A stretch of 35,505 bases of DNA from Steroidobacteraceae bacterium. Lineage in GTDB: Bacteria > Pseudomonadota > Gammaproteobacteria > Steroidobacterales > Steroidobacteraceae. The notes under the pieces were generated by a model. That model did no database searches and was not told the DNA's origin. It worked only from the letters and a program-made list of their open reading frames with translations. Below, in pieces: positions 1-8,425 of the stretch; the stretch's first letter is position 1, and every line of letters begins with the position of its first letter. Where the stretch lies: NCBI GenBank assembly GCA_035630995.1, contig DASQJS010000155.1, positions 1 to 35,505 of the forward strand, read 5' to 3'. The translations under genes and the position numbers were made by a program.

Positions 1-309
1 CGCGAAATCGAGGACCACGCGCGCGCCCTGCGACATGCCCACCAGCAACGGCCTGGGGAGTTCGAGCCTGGTGATCAACGCGTGCAGGTCCTGCACGTCG
101 GCACGCATGGACGCTTCGCCGGAGGAAAGTCCGAAGCCACGGCGATCGAAGCGCACGATGCGCAGCTGCGCGGCGAGCAGCGCCTGCGGTTCCCACATGT
201 CGAGGTCGAGGGTCCACCCATGCACCAGCACCACGGCGGGGCCCGCGCCTTCGTCGCGGTAACGCAGACGGGCGCCGGGCACGGACAGGTGACGGTCGGC
301 GGCGATCAT
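1..309 (-). CDS. alpha/beta-fold hydrolase, N-terminal 103 codons (rest lies beyond the window edge)
   Basis: Absent from the ORF track because it runs off the window. Reverse translation from the ATG at 309..307 gives MIAADRHLSVPGARLRYRDEGAGPAVVLVHGWTLDLDMWEPQ...LLVGMSQGARVVLDFA. It carries an HGW oxyanion-hole motif and a G-x-S-x-G nucleophile elbow (GMSQG). Confidence 0.7.
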   Translation of the reverse strand, partial: MIAADRHLSVPGARLRYRDEGAGPAVVLVHGWTLDLDMWEPQALLAAQLRIVRFDRRGFGLSSGEASMRADVQDLHALITRLELPRPLLVGMSQGARVVLDFA

Positions 310-313
310 GGGA

Positions 314-328
314 TTTCGAATACCGAAA
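314..328. promoter_or_regulatory. candidate IclR-type operator, palindrome TTTCG-AATAC-CGAAA
   Basis: A perfect 5-bp inverted repeat with a 5-nt spacer, 4 nt upstream of the hydrolase ATG. The same TTCG-N5-CGAA architecture recurs three times in the 1210-1366 intergenic region. Confidence 0.4.
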
Positions 329-402
329 AAAATTTCGCATTCAGGCTACGAGTGCGAACCTGCAGCGTCAAGCGGCGTGCGCCTCGATCCCGCGAGAGGT
401 TG

Positions 403-1209
403 CTAGATCTGGGCGCTGAGCGCGATGCCCGGCACGCGCGCGAGCTCCACGGAGATCTCCTTGCTGGCCTTGCGCAGCATCGCCAGGCGCTGTTTGACCA
501 GTGAGGCTTTCGAAGCGCGACGCGAGTGGCTGGAGCTGTTGAGCGCGGCTACCACGCGTCCCGCCTGGTCGAACACCGGCACCGCTACGGCCACGACGCC
601 GTACGCAAGCTCGTCTTCCACCGCCGAGTAACCATTGCGGCGGCACTCCTCGATGAGTTGGCGCAGTTTCTTCGGTTCGGTGACGGTCTGGCTGGTCAGC
701 GCGACGAACTTCTGCGTGCGGAAATACTGATCAAGGTGTTCGGCGCTCACGCCCGCGAGCAACACCCGCCCCATCGAGGTCACATGCGCGGGAAAGCGGC
801 TGCCAACGTGCGCTTCGAGCCGCATGAGCGTACGCACCGAAGTTCGCGCCACGTACACGATGTCATTGCCGTCCAGCACCGAGAGTGCGGCCGAATCACC
901 GGTGACACGCGCCAGCTCTTCGAGATGCGTCAGGGTCAGATGCTCGATGTCCATCGACTCGAGATAGGCCGCACCGAGCTCGAGCACCTTGGGGCGCAAC
1001 AGAAATGCGCGGCCGCGACGCGTGACGTAGCCGAGCTCCTCGAGCGTGAGCAGGCAGCGGCGCGCGGTCGCCGCCGGCATGCGCGCGGTCGCGGCGATTT
1101 CACTGAGCGTGAGCGTCGAGTGGTCACGCGAGAAAGCCTTGATGACGGAGAGGCCCTTGGCGAGGCCTCCCATGACTTCGCGGCGCGGTGCCGATGATTT
1201 CGATGGCAT
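403..1209 (-). CDS. IclR-family transcriptional regulator (PcaR/PobR-like)
   Basis: N-terminal wHTH (LTLSEIAATARMPAATARRCLLTLEELGYV) followed by an IclR effector domain (GSRFPAHVTSMGRVLLAG ... DELAYGVVAVAVPVFD). Start moved to the internal ATG at 1209 (MPSKSS...), because the upstream part of the ORF (FFFFAYRN) looks non-coding. Confidence 0.88.
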   Translation of the reverse strand: MPSKSSAPRREVMGGLAKGLSVIKAFSRDHSTLTLSEIAATARMPAATARRCLLTLEELGYVTRRGRAFLLRPKVLELGAAYLESMDIEHLTLTHLEELARVTGDSAALSVLDGNDIVYVARTSVRTLMRLEAHVGSRFPAHVTSMGRVLLAGVSAEHLDQYFRTQKFVALTSQTVTEPKKLRQLIEECRRNGYSAVEDELAYGVVAVAVPVFDQAGRVVAALNSSSHSRRASKASLVKQRLAMLRKASKEISVELARVPGIALSAQI

Positions 1210-1222
1210 GCGGACGATCATA

Positions 1223-1237
1223 TTTCGGTATGCGAAG
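1223..1237. promoter_or_regulatory. candidate IclR operator copy (TTTCG-GTATG-CGAAG)
   Basis: TTCG-N5-CGAA palindrome in the divergent intergenic region between the IclR gene and the catabolic cluster. Confidence 0.4.
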
Positions 1238-1305
1238 AAAAAGAAACGGCCGGCGCGCGCGTCTTGACGCACGAGGCCGGTGGGGTACAGCATGCTCCCG
1301 CGCGT

Positions 1306-1339
1306 ATTCGTTAATCGAACTCTATTTCGCTATACGAAA
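1306..1339. promoter_or_regulatory. two adjacent candidate IclR operator copies (ATTCG-TTAAT-CGAAC at 1306-1320, TTTCG-CTATA-CGAAA at 1325-1339)
   Basis: Two further TTCG-N5-CGAA palindromes whose centres are 19 bp apart, in an AT-rich patch just upstream of the first catabolic gene. Confidence 0.45.
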
Positions 1340-1366
1340 AGTAATGTCGCGCGAGGGGCTCAAAAA

Positions 1367-2173
1367 TTGAAGATCGGAACCCAGGCGCAGCGCACGTCGG
1401 CCATTTCCGCGTCCAACGCGGACGCGATCGTCGTTCGCGGGCGCAACCTGTGCACCGAGCTCGTGGGCGTCGTCACTTTCACCGATCACGCCTGGCTGCT
1501 GGTGGCCGGCGACCTGCCGAGCGCCGGGCAACGCCGCATTCTCGACGCCACGCTGGTGGCCATCGCCGAGCACGGCCTCGTGCCGAGCGTGGCCGCGAGT
1601 CGCATGACCCTCGCTGCAGCGCCCGAGGCGCTGCAGGGTGCGGTGGCCGCCGGAATCCTGGGCTGTGGCTCGGTGATTCTCGGAGCCGCGGATGCCGCGG
1701 GGCGGCTGTTCAACGCCATCGTCACTCGGGCTTCGAACGAGCCGCTTGAAGCGGCGGCTCGCAGCGTGCTCGGCGAGATGCGAGCCGCGCGCCAACCCGT
1801 GCCCGGTTATGGCCACCCCCTGCACAAGAAGCAGGATCCGCGGGCGGCGCGCCTGCTTGCCGTTGCCACGGAGGCCGGCACGTCCGGCAAGCACATCGAA
1901 GCGGCGATTCTTGTCGAGCGTCTCGTGCCGCAAATCTGGGGCAAGCCGCTGGCGATGAATGTTTCCGCCGCCATCGCGGCGGTGCTGCTCGATGCCGGCT
2001 ATCCACTGCTGGCCATCAAAGGCGTGCCCATGCTGGCGCGCACCGCGAGTCTCATTGCGCATCTGCTCGAAGAGCAGCAGCGCCCGATCGGTTTCGTGCT
2101 CGCGCACGAAGGCGCCGCGTCCATCGGCTACGACGGCACGTGTCCCGACGGCTTCGTGCCGGGCGAGGAGTGA
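1367..2173 (+). CDS. citrate-synthase-superfamily protein, citryl-CoA-lyase-like
   Basis: PVPGYGHPLHKKQDPR matches the citrate synthase catalytic His motif (GxGHxxxK). LIAHLLEE and the approximately 268-aa size fit the short citryl-CoA lyase branch. The start is uncertain: I chose TTG at 1367, preceded by GAGGGG 8 nt upstream. The ORF-track ATG at 1280 or 1292 would add a non-conserved-looking leader. Confidence 0.72.
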   Translation: MKIGTQAQRTSAISASNADAIVVRGRNLCTELVGVVTFTDHAWLLVAGDLPSAGQRRILDATLVAIAEHGLVPSVAASRMTLAAAPEALQGAVAAGILGCGSVILGAADAAGRLFNAIVTRASNEPLEAAARSVLGEMRAARQPVPGYGHPLHKKQDPRAARLLAVATEAGTSGKHIEAAILVERLVPQIWGKPLAMNVSAAIAAVLLDAGYPLLAIKGVPMLARTASLIAHLLEEQQRPIGFVLAHEGAASIGYDGTCPDGFVPGEE

Positions 2174-2175
2174 CC

Positions 2176-3360
2176 ATGCAGCCGGTACTTCGCGGTGTGA
2201 AGATCGTCGAGCAGGGCACGTTCATCACCGGTCCCTGCGCCGGCATGATGCTGGCCGACCTCGGCGCCGACGTGATCAAGATCGAAAGCCCCGGTGGCGA
2301 CCCTTACCGCGCCTACCAGGGCGGCCTGTACTCACCGCACTTCCAGGCCTACAACCGCAACAAGAGAAGCGTGTGCTGCGATCTCAAGCAATCCGCCGAT
2401 CGTGAGTTGTTCGACCAGTTGATCCTGGACGCGGACGTGTACATCCAGAACTTTCGTCCGGGCACCGCGGAAAAACTCGGCGCCGGCGCGGAGCGGCTGC
2501 GCGAACTCAACCCGAAACTCGTTTATTGCTCCATCAGCGGGTTCGGCGGCAGCGGGCCGTACGTCGAGCGGCCCAGCTACGATTCGGTGGCGCAGGCCTT
2601 GTCCGGTTTCCTGAGCGTCGTAGTCGATGAAGACCGGCCGCGGTTTCTCGGGCCGGCGCTGGCGGACGCGATCACCGGCATTTACGCCGCGTTCGGTGTG
2701 CTCGGGGCGCTGCTTGAACGGGCCGGCAGCGGCCGCGGCAAGCTGGTGGAAGTGTCGATGCTCGAAGCGATGGCGCATTTCGCCGTCGAACCTTTTGCCG
2801 CGTTCTTCGCGCTCGGTGCCGTGCCGAAATCCGCCGATCGCCCGCGGCTCGCGCAGGCCTACATTTTGCGCACCTCCGACAACCGGCTCATCGCGATCCA
2901 CCTGTCGTCGCTGGAAAAGTTCTGGCTGGGACTCGTCAAGGCGCTCGAGGCAGATGAGCTCACGAGCGACGCGCGCTTCAGCGAGCGCCTGGCACGCATC
3001 AGCAATTACGAAACGCTGGGTGCGGAGCTCGACCGTCGTTTTCGCGGCCGCACATTGAACGATTGGTCGGCGCGCCTGAGTGCGAACGACGTGCCGTTCG
3101 CGCCGATCAACGGCATCGATTCGGTGGTCGAGGATCCTCAGGTCGGCCATCTCGGGCTCATCGTTCCGGTGAACGGAGTGCAGCAGGGCGGACGGCAGGC
3201 GGTGAGACCGCCACTGCAATTCGATGGCGAGCGTGCACACACGGTCTCCGCCGCGCCGCTGCTCGACCAGCATGGCATCGCGATTCGCGCGGCGATGACC
3301 GAAAGCCGGCGTTGGCCGGCGATGTCCGACGACGCGCCGCCGCGCCGCGCAACGGGGTAG
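2176..3360 (+). CDS. family III CoA-transferase (CaiB/BaiF/Frc type)
   Basis: MQPVLRGVKIVEQGTFITGPCAGMMLADLGADVIKIESPGGDPYR is the canonical family III N-terminus. The ATG at 2176 lies 2 nt after the upstream stop and is preceded by GGCGAGGAG. Confidence 0.9.
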   Translation: MQPVLRGVKIVEQGTFITGPCAGMMLADLGADVIKIESPGGDPYRAYQGGLYSPHFQAYNRNKRSVCCDLKQSADRELFDQLILDADVYIQNFRPGTAEKLGAGAERLRELNPKLVYCSISGFGGSGPYVERPSYDSVAQALSGFLSVVVDEDRPRFLGPALADAITGIYAAFGVLGALLERAGSGRGKLVEVSMLEAMAHFAVEPFAAFFALGAVPKSADRPRLAQAYILRTSDNRLIAIHLSSLEKFWLGLVKALEADELTSDARFSERLARISNYETLGAELDRRFRGRTLNDWSARLSANDVPFAPINGIDSVVEDPQVGHLGLIVPVNGVQQGGRQAVRPPLQFDGERAHTVSAAPLLDQHGIAIRAAMTESRRWPAMSDDAPPRRATG

Positions 3361-3366
3361 CTGGAA

Positions 3367-4419
3367 ATGTCAGAGACGAGGGGCAAACTCTTTCCGACCA
3401 CGCTGGTGGGCAGCATGCCGCAACCGGAGTGGCTCATCGATCGCCAGAAACTTGCTGGCCGGTTCCCGCCGCGGGTACGCGCGCTCGAGCTGTGGCGCAT
3501 TCCCGAGGCCTACCTGGCGGAAGCGCAAAACGACGCGACGGTACTCGCAATCCGCGCCCAGGAGAAAGCCGGACTCGACATCGTCACCGACGGCGAGATC
3601 CGCCGTGAAAGTTATTCGAACCGATTCGCAACGGCCCTCGAAGGCGTGGACCTCGACAATCCTGGAACCGCACTCGATCGCAGCGGTCATCCCAATCCCG
3701 TGCCGCGCGTCGTCGGTCCGATCCGCCGCAAACACCCTGTGCAGGTCGATGACCTGAAGTTCCTGCGCGCGAATACCACGCGGCAGGTCAAGGTGACCGT
3801 GCCCGGCCCATTCACCATGGCGCAGCAGGCGCAGATTGACGCATACGGCGGCAGCCGCGAGGCCGCCGCCATGGACTATGCAAAGGCCGTGAATGCCGAG
3901 ATCCGCGACCTGTTCGCCGCGGGCGCCGACGTCGTGCAGATCGACGAGCCCTACATGCAGGCGCGGCCGGACGAGGCGCGTGCATTCGGCCTGAAGGCGC
4001 TCAACCAGGCGCTCGATGGCGTCACCGGCACGACCGCCGTGCACATCTGCTTCGGCTACGCCGCGATCATTCACGCGCGGCCTTCGGCATATTCATTCCT
4101 GCCGGAACTCGCGGGCTGCAGTTGCCGCCAGGTCTCGGTGGAAACCGCGCAGTCGAACCTCGATTGCAGCGCGCTGCTTCCGCTCAAGGACAAGAAGGTC
4201 ATGTTAGGCGTGCTGGACCTCGCCGACATGAGCGTCGAAACCCCCGAGCTGGTCGCCGAGCGTATTCGCCGCGCGCTCAAATACGTGCCCGCCGAAAACA
4301 TCATTCTCGCCCCGGATTGCGGCATGAAATATCTGCCGCGGGAAATTGCCGTTGGAAAACTCAAAGCCATGGTCGCCGGCGCCGCGATCATGCGCACTGA
4401 ACTGTCGCGCGCTGCGTAG
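3367..4419 (+). CDS. stand-alone MetE-type (cobalamin-independent methionine synthase C-terminal domain family) Zn-dependent alkyltransferase
   Basis: 350 aa with only the catalytic barrel. Candidate Zn ligands align with MetE: VHICFGY (His-x-Cys), VSVETAQSN (Glu), APDCGMKYL (Cys). N-terminus LFPTTLVGSMPQP is typical of the family. Confidence 0.85.
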   Translation: MSETRGKLFPTTLVGSMPQPEWLIDRQKLAGRFPPRVRALELWRIPEAYLAEAQNDATVLAIRAQEKAGLDIVTDGEIRRESYSNRFATALEGVDLDNPGTALDRSGHPNPVPRVVGPIRRKHPVQVDDLKFLRANTTRQVKVTVPGPFTMAQQAQIDAYGGSREAAAMDYAKAVNAEIRDLFAAGADVVQIDEPYMQARPDEARAFGLKALNQALDGVTGTTAVHICFGYAAIIHARPSAYSFLPELAGCSCRQVSVETAQSNLDCSALLPLKDKKVMLGVLDLADMSVETPELVAERIRRALKYVPAENIILAPDCGMKYLPREIAVGKLKAMVAGAAIMRTELSRAA

Positions 4420-4427
4420 GAGTTCAC

Positions 4428-6632
4428 ATGCACCTTCCGAACAAGTTGTCGCCGATGGGATTGATTGGTGTGGCCGTCGCTGCCGCTCTGGCGGCAACGC
4501 CGGCGCAGGCACAAACGCCGCCGGAAGACATAGACGAAGTCGTCGTCACCGCGCGCAAGCGCAACGAAGCGTCCACCGACGTGCCCGTCACCATGAGTGT
4601 GTTCACGCGTGAAGACATCACGGCCGCCGGCATCGAAAAGCCGGGCGACTTCATCGCGCGCGTGCCGAACATGACGCTGGTGGAAACCCAGAATGCCGGC
4701 AACGCCTTCGTGGTGGTGCGCGGCATCTCGCAGGCGCGCAACAGCGAGCCGTCGGTGGCGGTGCTGGTGGATGGCGTGCTCGAGACGAATCCGGCCGAAT
4801 TCAACCAGGAGCTGTTCGACATCGAACAGATCGAAGTACTCAAGGGTCCGCAGGGTGCGCTTTACGGGCGCAACGCCATCGGTGGCGCGATCATCATCCA
4901 GACGCGAGATCCGGGTGATGAGTTCGAAGGGCGCGTCAAGCTGGGTGTTGGCAATGGTTCGTCGGTGCGCGCGCAAGCGGGAGTCAGTGGTCCGATCGGC
5001 GAAGGGTCGTTGCGGTACCGCGCGAGCTTGAGTTACTACGATACCGACGGGTACATCCCGAGCACGTTCCTTGGCGGGGAGGCAGATCCCGTCCAGGATT
5101 TCTCGGGCCGGGTCCGTCTCTCCTGGGCGCCCAGCGAAACCTTCTCGGGCGACCTTCGGGTGTCGGCGAGCAAACTCGAGACTCGCGGTTTCTACTTCGT
5201 GATCCCGCGCGACGACGAGGCCAACCCGTTCAGCACATTCACCACGCCCCCCGATGCGAACAACGTGACCAGTCCCATCCAGGTCAACAATGCCGGCATC
5301 GACGATCGTGACCTGTTCACGGGCGCGCTGCGCCTGAACTTCGAGTTGGGTGGTGGCACCCTGACCTCGGTGTCGGCCTACAACACCACCGAGGAGACCA
5401 TCACCGGCGACGCGTACGACTTCCGGCCGCGCGACACCTCGATTTTCAACGTCTTGTTAGGCACCGATCTCAACCAGAGCCAGTTCCTCGATCTGAAATC
5501 CTACAGCCAGGAAGTGCGCTTCACGTCGAACGACGAGGGGCGCGTGCGCTGGATCGCCGGTGCCTACTACGTCCACACCGACAGGTTCATTTCCACGGGC
5601 AACATGGTGGATACCGGCAACGGCGTGTTCCCGGTGTATGAGGAGCCGCGATTCGGAGGCAACAATCCGAGCGCCACGTTCCTCGCCGATTCGCAGGACA
5701 ACGACGCGTGGGCGGTCTTCGCCGATGTGACCTTCGAGCTCAGCGACAAATTCGAGCTCGACACGGCGGTACGTTACGACGAGGACAAGCGCGAGAACAC
5801 CACCGAAACACCGACGGCATTTCTGCCTGACCCTTCGGCATCCGAAGGTGAAGTGCGCACGCACACCTGGAGCGAGACCCAGCCCAAGGTCACCTTGCGA
5901 TACAAGCCCAGCGAAGACGTCACTTTCTTCGGCGGCTGGAGCCGCGGCTTTCGCAGCGGTGGGTTCAACCAGACCGGAGTTGGCGCCGTGGCCGATGACA
6001 ACGGCATCGCGGGCGTGAACGATCTGTTCGAAGCCGAAGTGGCCGATACCTGGGAGGTTGGCTTCAAGGGCGAGTTCCTCGACGGGCGCGTCAGCACCGG
6101 GGTGAGCCTGTTCCAGACCAAGTCGACCAACGGCTATTTCTTCGTGTTCCTCGCAGCCAACTCCACGCAGAACCTCGGCAATCTCGACGCCGACTACGAG
6201 GGCGCGGAGTTCGACATCAGCGTGAAAGTCACCGACAACTTCGAGCTGTTCGGCAGCTACGGTTTCACCGACAGCGAGATCACCGACATGGAGGATCCTT
6301 CCGTGATCGGCAACCAGGCGCCGCTGGTGTCCGAAGACACCTTCAATCTCGGAGCGCAGTGGCGCCAGCCGATCGGCAGTGCGCTGCACCTGGCGCTGCG
6401 CGCCGATTACCGGCACACCGGAGAGACCTGGTGGGAGCCGTACAATGTGACCTCGCGCGATCCGATCGACATCGTCGATATGCGCCTGGGGCTCGAAGGT
6501 GAGAAGTGGGCGGTCACCGCCTGGTCGACCAACCTCACCGACGAGGAATACAACGCCGAGTTCTCGCCCGGCGGATTCCTGTTCCGTGCACTGCCGATTC
6601 GTTACGGTCTCGAGTTCACCTATTCGTTCTGA
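4428..6632 (+). CDS. TonB-dependent outer-membrane receptor
   Basis: Signal peptide ending AQAQ, TonB-box/plug start DEVVVTARKR, plug motifs (VEVLKGPQGALYGRNAIGGAIII), and a C-terminal beta-barrel ending in an aromatic residue (YGLEFTYSF). AGGAG lies 6 nt upstream of the ATG. Confidence 0.95.
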   Translation: MHLPNKLSPMGLIGVAVAAALAATPAQAQTPPEDIDEVVVTARKRNEASTDVPVTMSVFTREDITAAGIEKPGDFIARVPNMTLVETQNAGNAFVVVRGISQARNSEPSVAVLVDGVLETNPAEFNQELFDIEQIEVLKGPQGALYGRNAIGGAIIIQTRDPGDEFEGRVKLGVGNGSSVRAQAGVSGPIGEGSLRYRASLSYYDTDGYIPSTFLGGEADPVQDFSGRVRLSWAPSETFSGDLRVSASKLETRGFYFVIPRDDEANPFSTFTTPPDANNVTSPIQVNNAGIDDRDLFTGALRLNFELGGGTLTSVSAYNTTEETITGDAYDFRPRDTSIFNVLLGTDLNQSQFLDLKSYSQEVRFTSNDEGRVRWIAGAYYVHTDRFISTGNMVDTGNGVFPVYEEPRFGGNNPSATFLADSQDNDAWAVFADVTFELSDKFELDTAVRYDEDKRENTTETPTAFLPDPSASEGEVRTHTWSETQPKVTLRYKPSEDVTFFGGWSRGFRSGGFNQTGVGAVADDNGIAGVNDLFEAEVADTWEVGFKGEFLDGRVSTGVSLFQTKSTNGYFFVFLAANSTQNLGNLDADYEGAEFDISVKVTDNFELFGSYGFTDSEITDMEDPSVIGNQAPLVSEDTFNLGAQWRQPIGSALHLALRADYRHTGETWWEPYNVTSRDPIDIVDMRLGLEGEKWAVTAWSTNLTDEEYNAEFSPGGFLFRALPIRYGLEFTYSF

Positions 6633-6648
6633 GCTGGAGTAGATAGTC

Positions 6649-7185
6649 ATGGCCACGAAAGCATCCCTGCCTTCGCGCTTGCACCACACCGCCTACGTGT
6701 CGCGTGACCTGGAGGCGACCCGGAAATTCTACGAGGACATCATCGGGCTGCCGTTGCTCGCGACGTGGTGCGAGAAGGACCTGCTGTTCGGTGCGGAGCG
6801 CACCTACTGCCACGTATTCTTCGGTCTCGCTGACGGCGGCGCGCTGGCGTTCTTCCAGTTCGCCGAGCCCGCCGACCAGGAGCAGTTCGGGCCGAAGATG
6901 CCGTTCTCGCCGTTTCATCACATCGCATTACACGTGGACAAGGAAACCCAGGCCGGCATCGAGAAGCGCCTCAAGGACGCGGGCTTCCAGGAGCCGCAAT
7001 CGTTCGTGCTCGAACATGGCTACTGCCGCTCGGTGTACGTCACCGACCCGAACGGCATGATCGTCGAGTTCACGCACGATCATCCCGACGTCGAGAACAT
7101 CAATCGCATCGCGCTCGGCCGGGCGCACTCCGAGCTCAAGCGCTGGCTTGCCGGCGACCACACTTCGAACAACACGTTTCGTTGA
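6649..7185 (+). CDS. VOC-family protein (glyoxalase/bleomycin-resistance/extradiol-dioxygenase fold)
   Basis: LHHTAYVSRDLEATRKFYEDIIGLPL and HIALHVD...YVTDPNGMIVEF are the paired beta-alpha-beta-beta-beta module signatures. Confidence 0.85.
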   Translation: MATKASLPSRLHHTAYVSRDLEATRKFYEDIIGLPLLATWCEKDLLFGAERTYCHVFFGLADGGALAFFQFAEPADQEQFGPKMPFSPFHHIALHVDKETQAGIEKRLKDAGFQEPQSFVLEHGYCRSVYVTDPNGMIVEFTHDHPDVENINRIALGRAHSELKRWLAGDHTSNNTFR

Positions 7186-8330
7186 TGCGGACCAGTACCG
7201 ATCGAATCCTGACCACGCATGTCGGCAGCCTGCCTCGTTCGCAGGCCGTCACCGACGTGCTGTTCGCGCGCGAACGCAACGATGTGCCCGACACCGCAGC
7301 GGCCGCGAAGGTGATCGCGGACGCGGTGGTGGAAGTCGTGAGGAAACAGGTCGCCGCCGGCGTCGACGTGGTGAGCGACGGCGAGATGAGCAAGATCAGC
7401 TACGCCACCTACATCGCCGATCGCTTCACGGGCTTCGACGGTGATACTCCGCGCGAGCCCGGCCAGGACCTGGTGGAGTTTCCGCGGTTGCTCGAGAAGC
7501 TAGCGAAGCTCGGTTCGACGGCGAAATACCGCAGGCCGCGCTGCGTCGGCGAGATTCGCAACAAGACATTCGCGCCATTGCAGGAGGATCTGGCGAACTT
7601 CGGGCGTGGCGTGAAGGCAGGGGGCCCAACGGACGCGTTCCTCAATGCCGCCTCACCGGGCGTGATTGCGCTGTTCCAGCCCAATGATTTCTACAAGACC
7701 GCCGACGATTACCTGGAAGCCGTGGCGGAAGCGTTGCGTGGCGAGTATGAAGCCATCGTCGCCGCCGGATTCCTCGTGCAGATCGACGCGCCTGACCTCG
7801 GCATGGGTCGGCACACCATGTATCGCAATGCCACCGTCGCCGAATATCTCGCGCGCGCGGAACGGCACGTCGAAGTTCTCAACCACGCGTTGCGCAACGT
7901 GCCGGCGTCGAGCGTGCGCATGCACTGCTGCTGGGGCAACTACGAGGGTCCACATCACCACGACGTGCCAATGCGCGACCTGCTGCCCGTGCTGCTCAAG
8001 GCCAGGCCGCAGGCACTGCTGTTCGAAGCCGCGAATCCGCGTCATGCGCACGAGTGGACGGTATTCCGCGATACGCGCCTGCCGGACGACAAGATCCTGA
8101 TCCCGGGTGTGCTGAGCTCGACGACCAACTACGTCGAACACCCGGAACTCGTCGCCGAGCGGCTGCTGCGCTTCGCCGATATCGTGGGGCGCGAGCGCGT
8201 CATGGCGGGCTCGGATTGCGGCTTCAGCACCTTTGCGGGCTTTGGTGCCGTCGATCCGGACATCGTCTACCTGAAGCTCGCCGCCATGGCCGAAGGCGCG
8301 CGGCTCGCGAGCCAGAAACTTTGGAGTTAG
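7185..8330 (+). CDS. second MetE-type Zn-alkyltransferase paralogue
   Basis: ILTTHVGSLPRS N-terminus. Zn-ligand candidates are VRMHCCWGN (His-x-Cys), LLFEAANPRH (Glu) and MAGSDCGFSTF (Cys). The ATG at 7185 overlaps the upstream stop (TGATG). Confidence 0.85.
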   Translation: MRTSTDRILTTHVGSLPRSQAVTDVLFARERNDVPDTAAAAKVIADAVVEVVRKQVAAGVDVVSDGEMSKISYATYIADRFTGFDGDTPREPGQDLVEFPRLLEKLAKLGSTAKYRRPRCVGEIRNKTFAPLQEDLANFGRGVKAGGPTDAFLNAASPGVIALFQPNDFYKTADDYLEAVAEALRGEYEAIVAAGFLVQIDAPDLGMGRHTMYRNATVAEYLARAERHVEVLNHALRNVPASSVRMHCCWGNYEGPHHHDVPMRDLLPVLLKARPQALLFEAANPRHAHEWTVFRDTRLPDDKILIPGVLSSTTNYVEHPELVAERLLRFADIVGRERVMAGSDCGFSTFAGFGAVDPDIVYLKLAAMAEGARLASQKLWS

Positions 8331-8331
8331 A

Positions 8332-8412
8332 GGTGCCGGGCCGGATTGAAGTCCGGCAATGCGACGCAGTGGGTTCGGTGGTGGAGTTTTCCCGGTTTCC
8401 CGGCCCGGCACC
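8332..8412. repeat. REP/MITE-like inverted-repeat element, degenerate copy
   Basis: GGTGCCGGGCCGG (8332-8344) pairs with CCGGCCCGGCACC (8400-8412). The right 30 bp, GGAGTTTTCCCGGTTTCCCGGCCCGGCACC (8383-8412), is identical to 10633-10662. It sits between convergent genes. Confidence 0.65.
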
Positions 8413-8425
8413 GTCAGCGGCACCG

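Noticed and set aside
2332-3273. 313-aa minus-strand ORF, with similar long antisense ORFs at 1322-2107, 3370-4074, 4071-4976, 15906-16754, 16995-17795 and 23315-24505
   Set aside because: All are antisense to genes with clear family motifs. All have the Arg/Gly/His-rich, stop-poor composition expected from the reverse frames of GC3-rich genes.
5457-6689. 410-aa ORF antisense to the TonB-dependent receptor
   Set aside because: Shadow ORF inside a gene with strong plug and barrel signatures. No motifs of its own.
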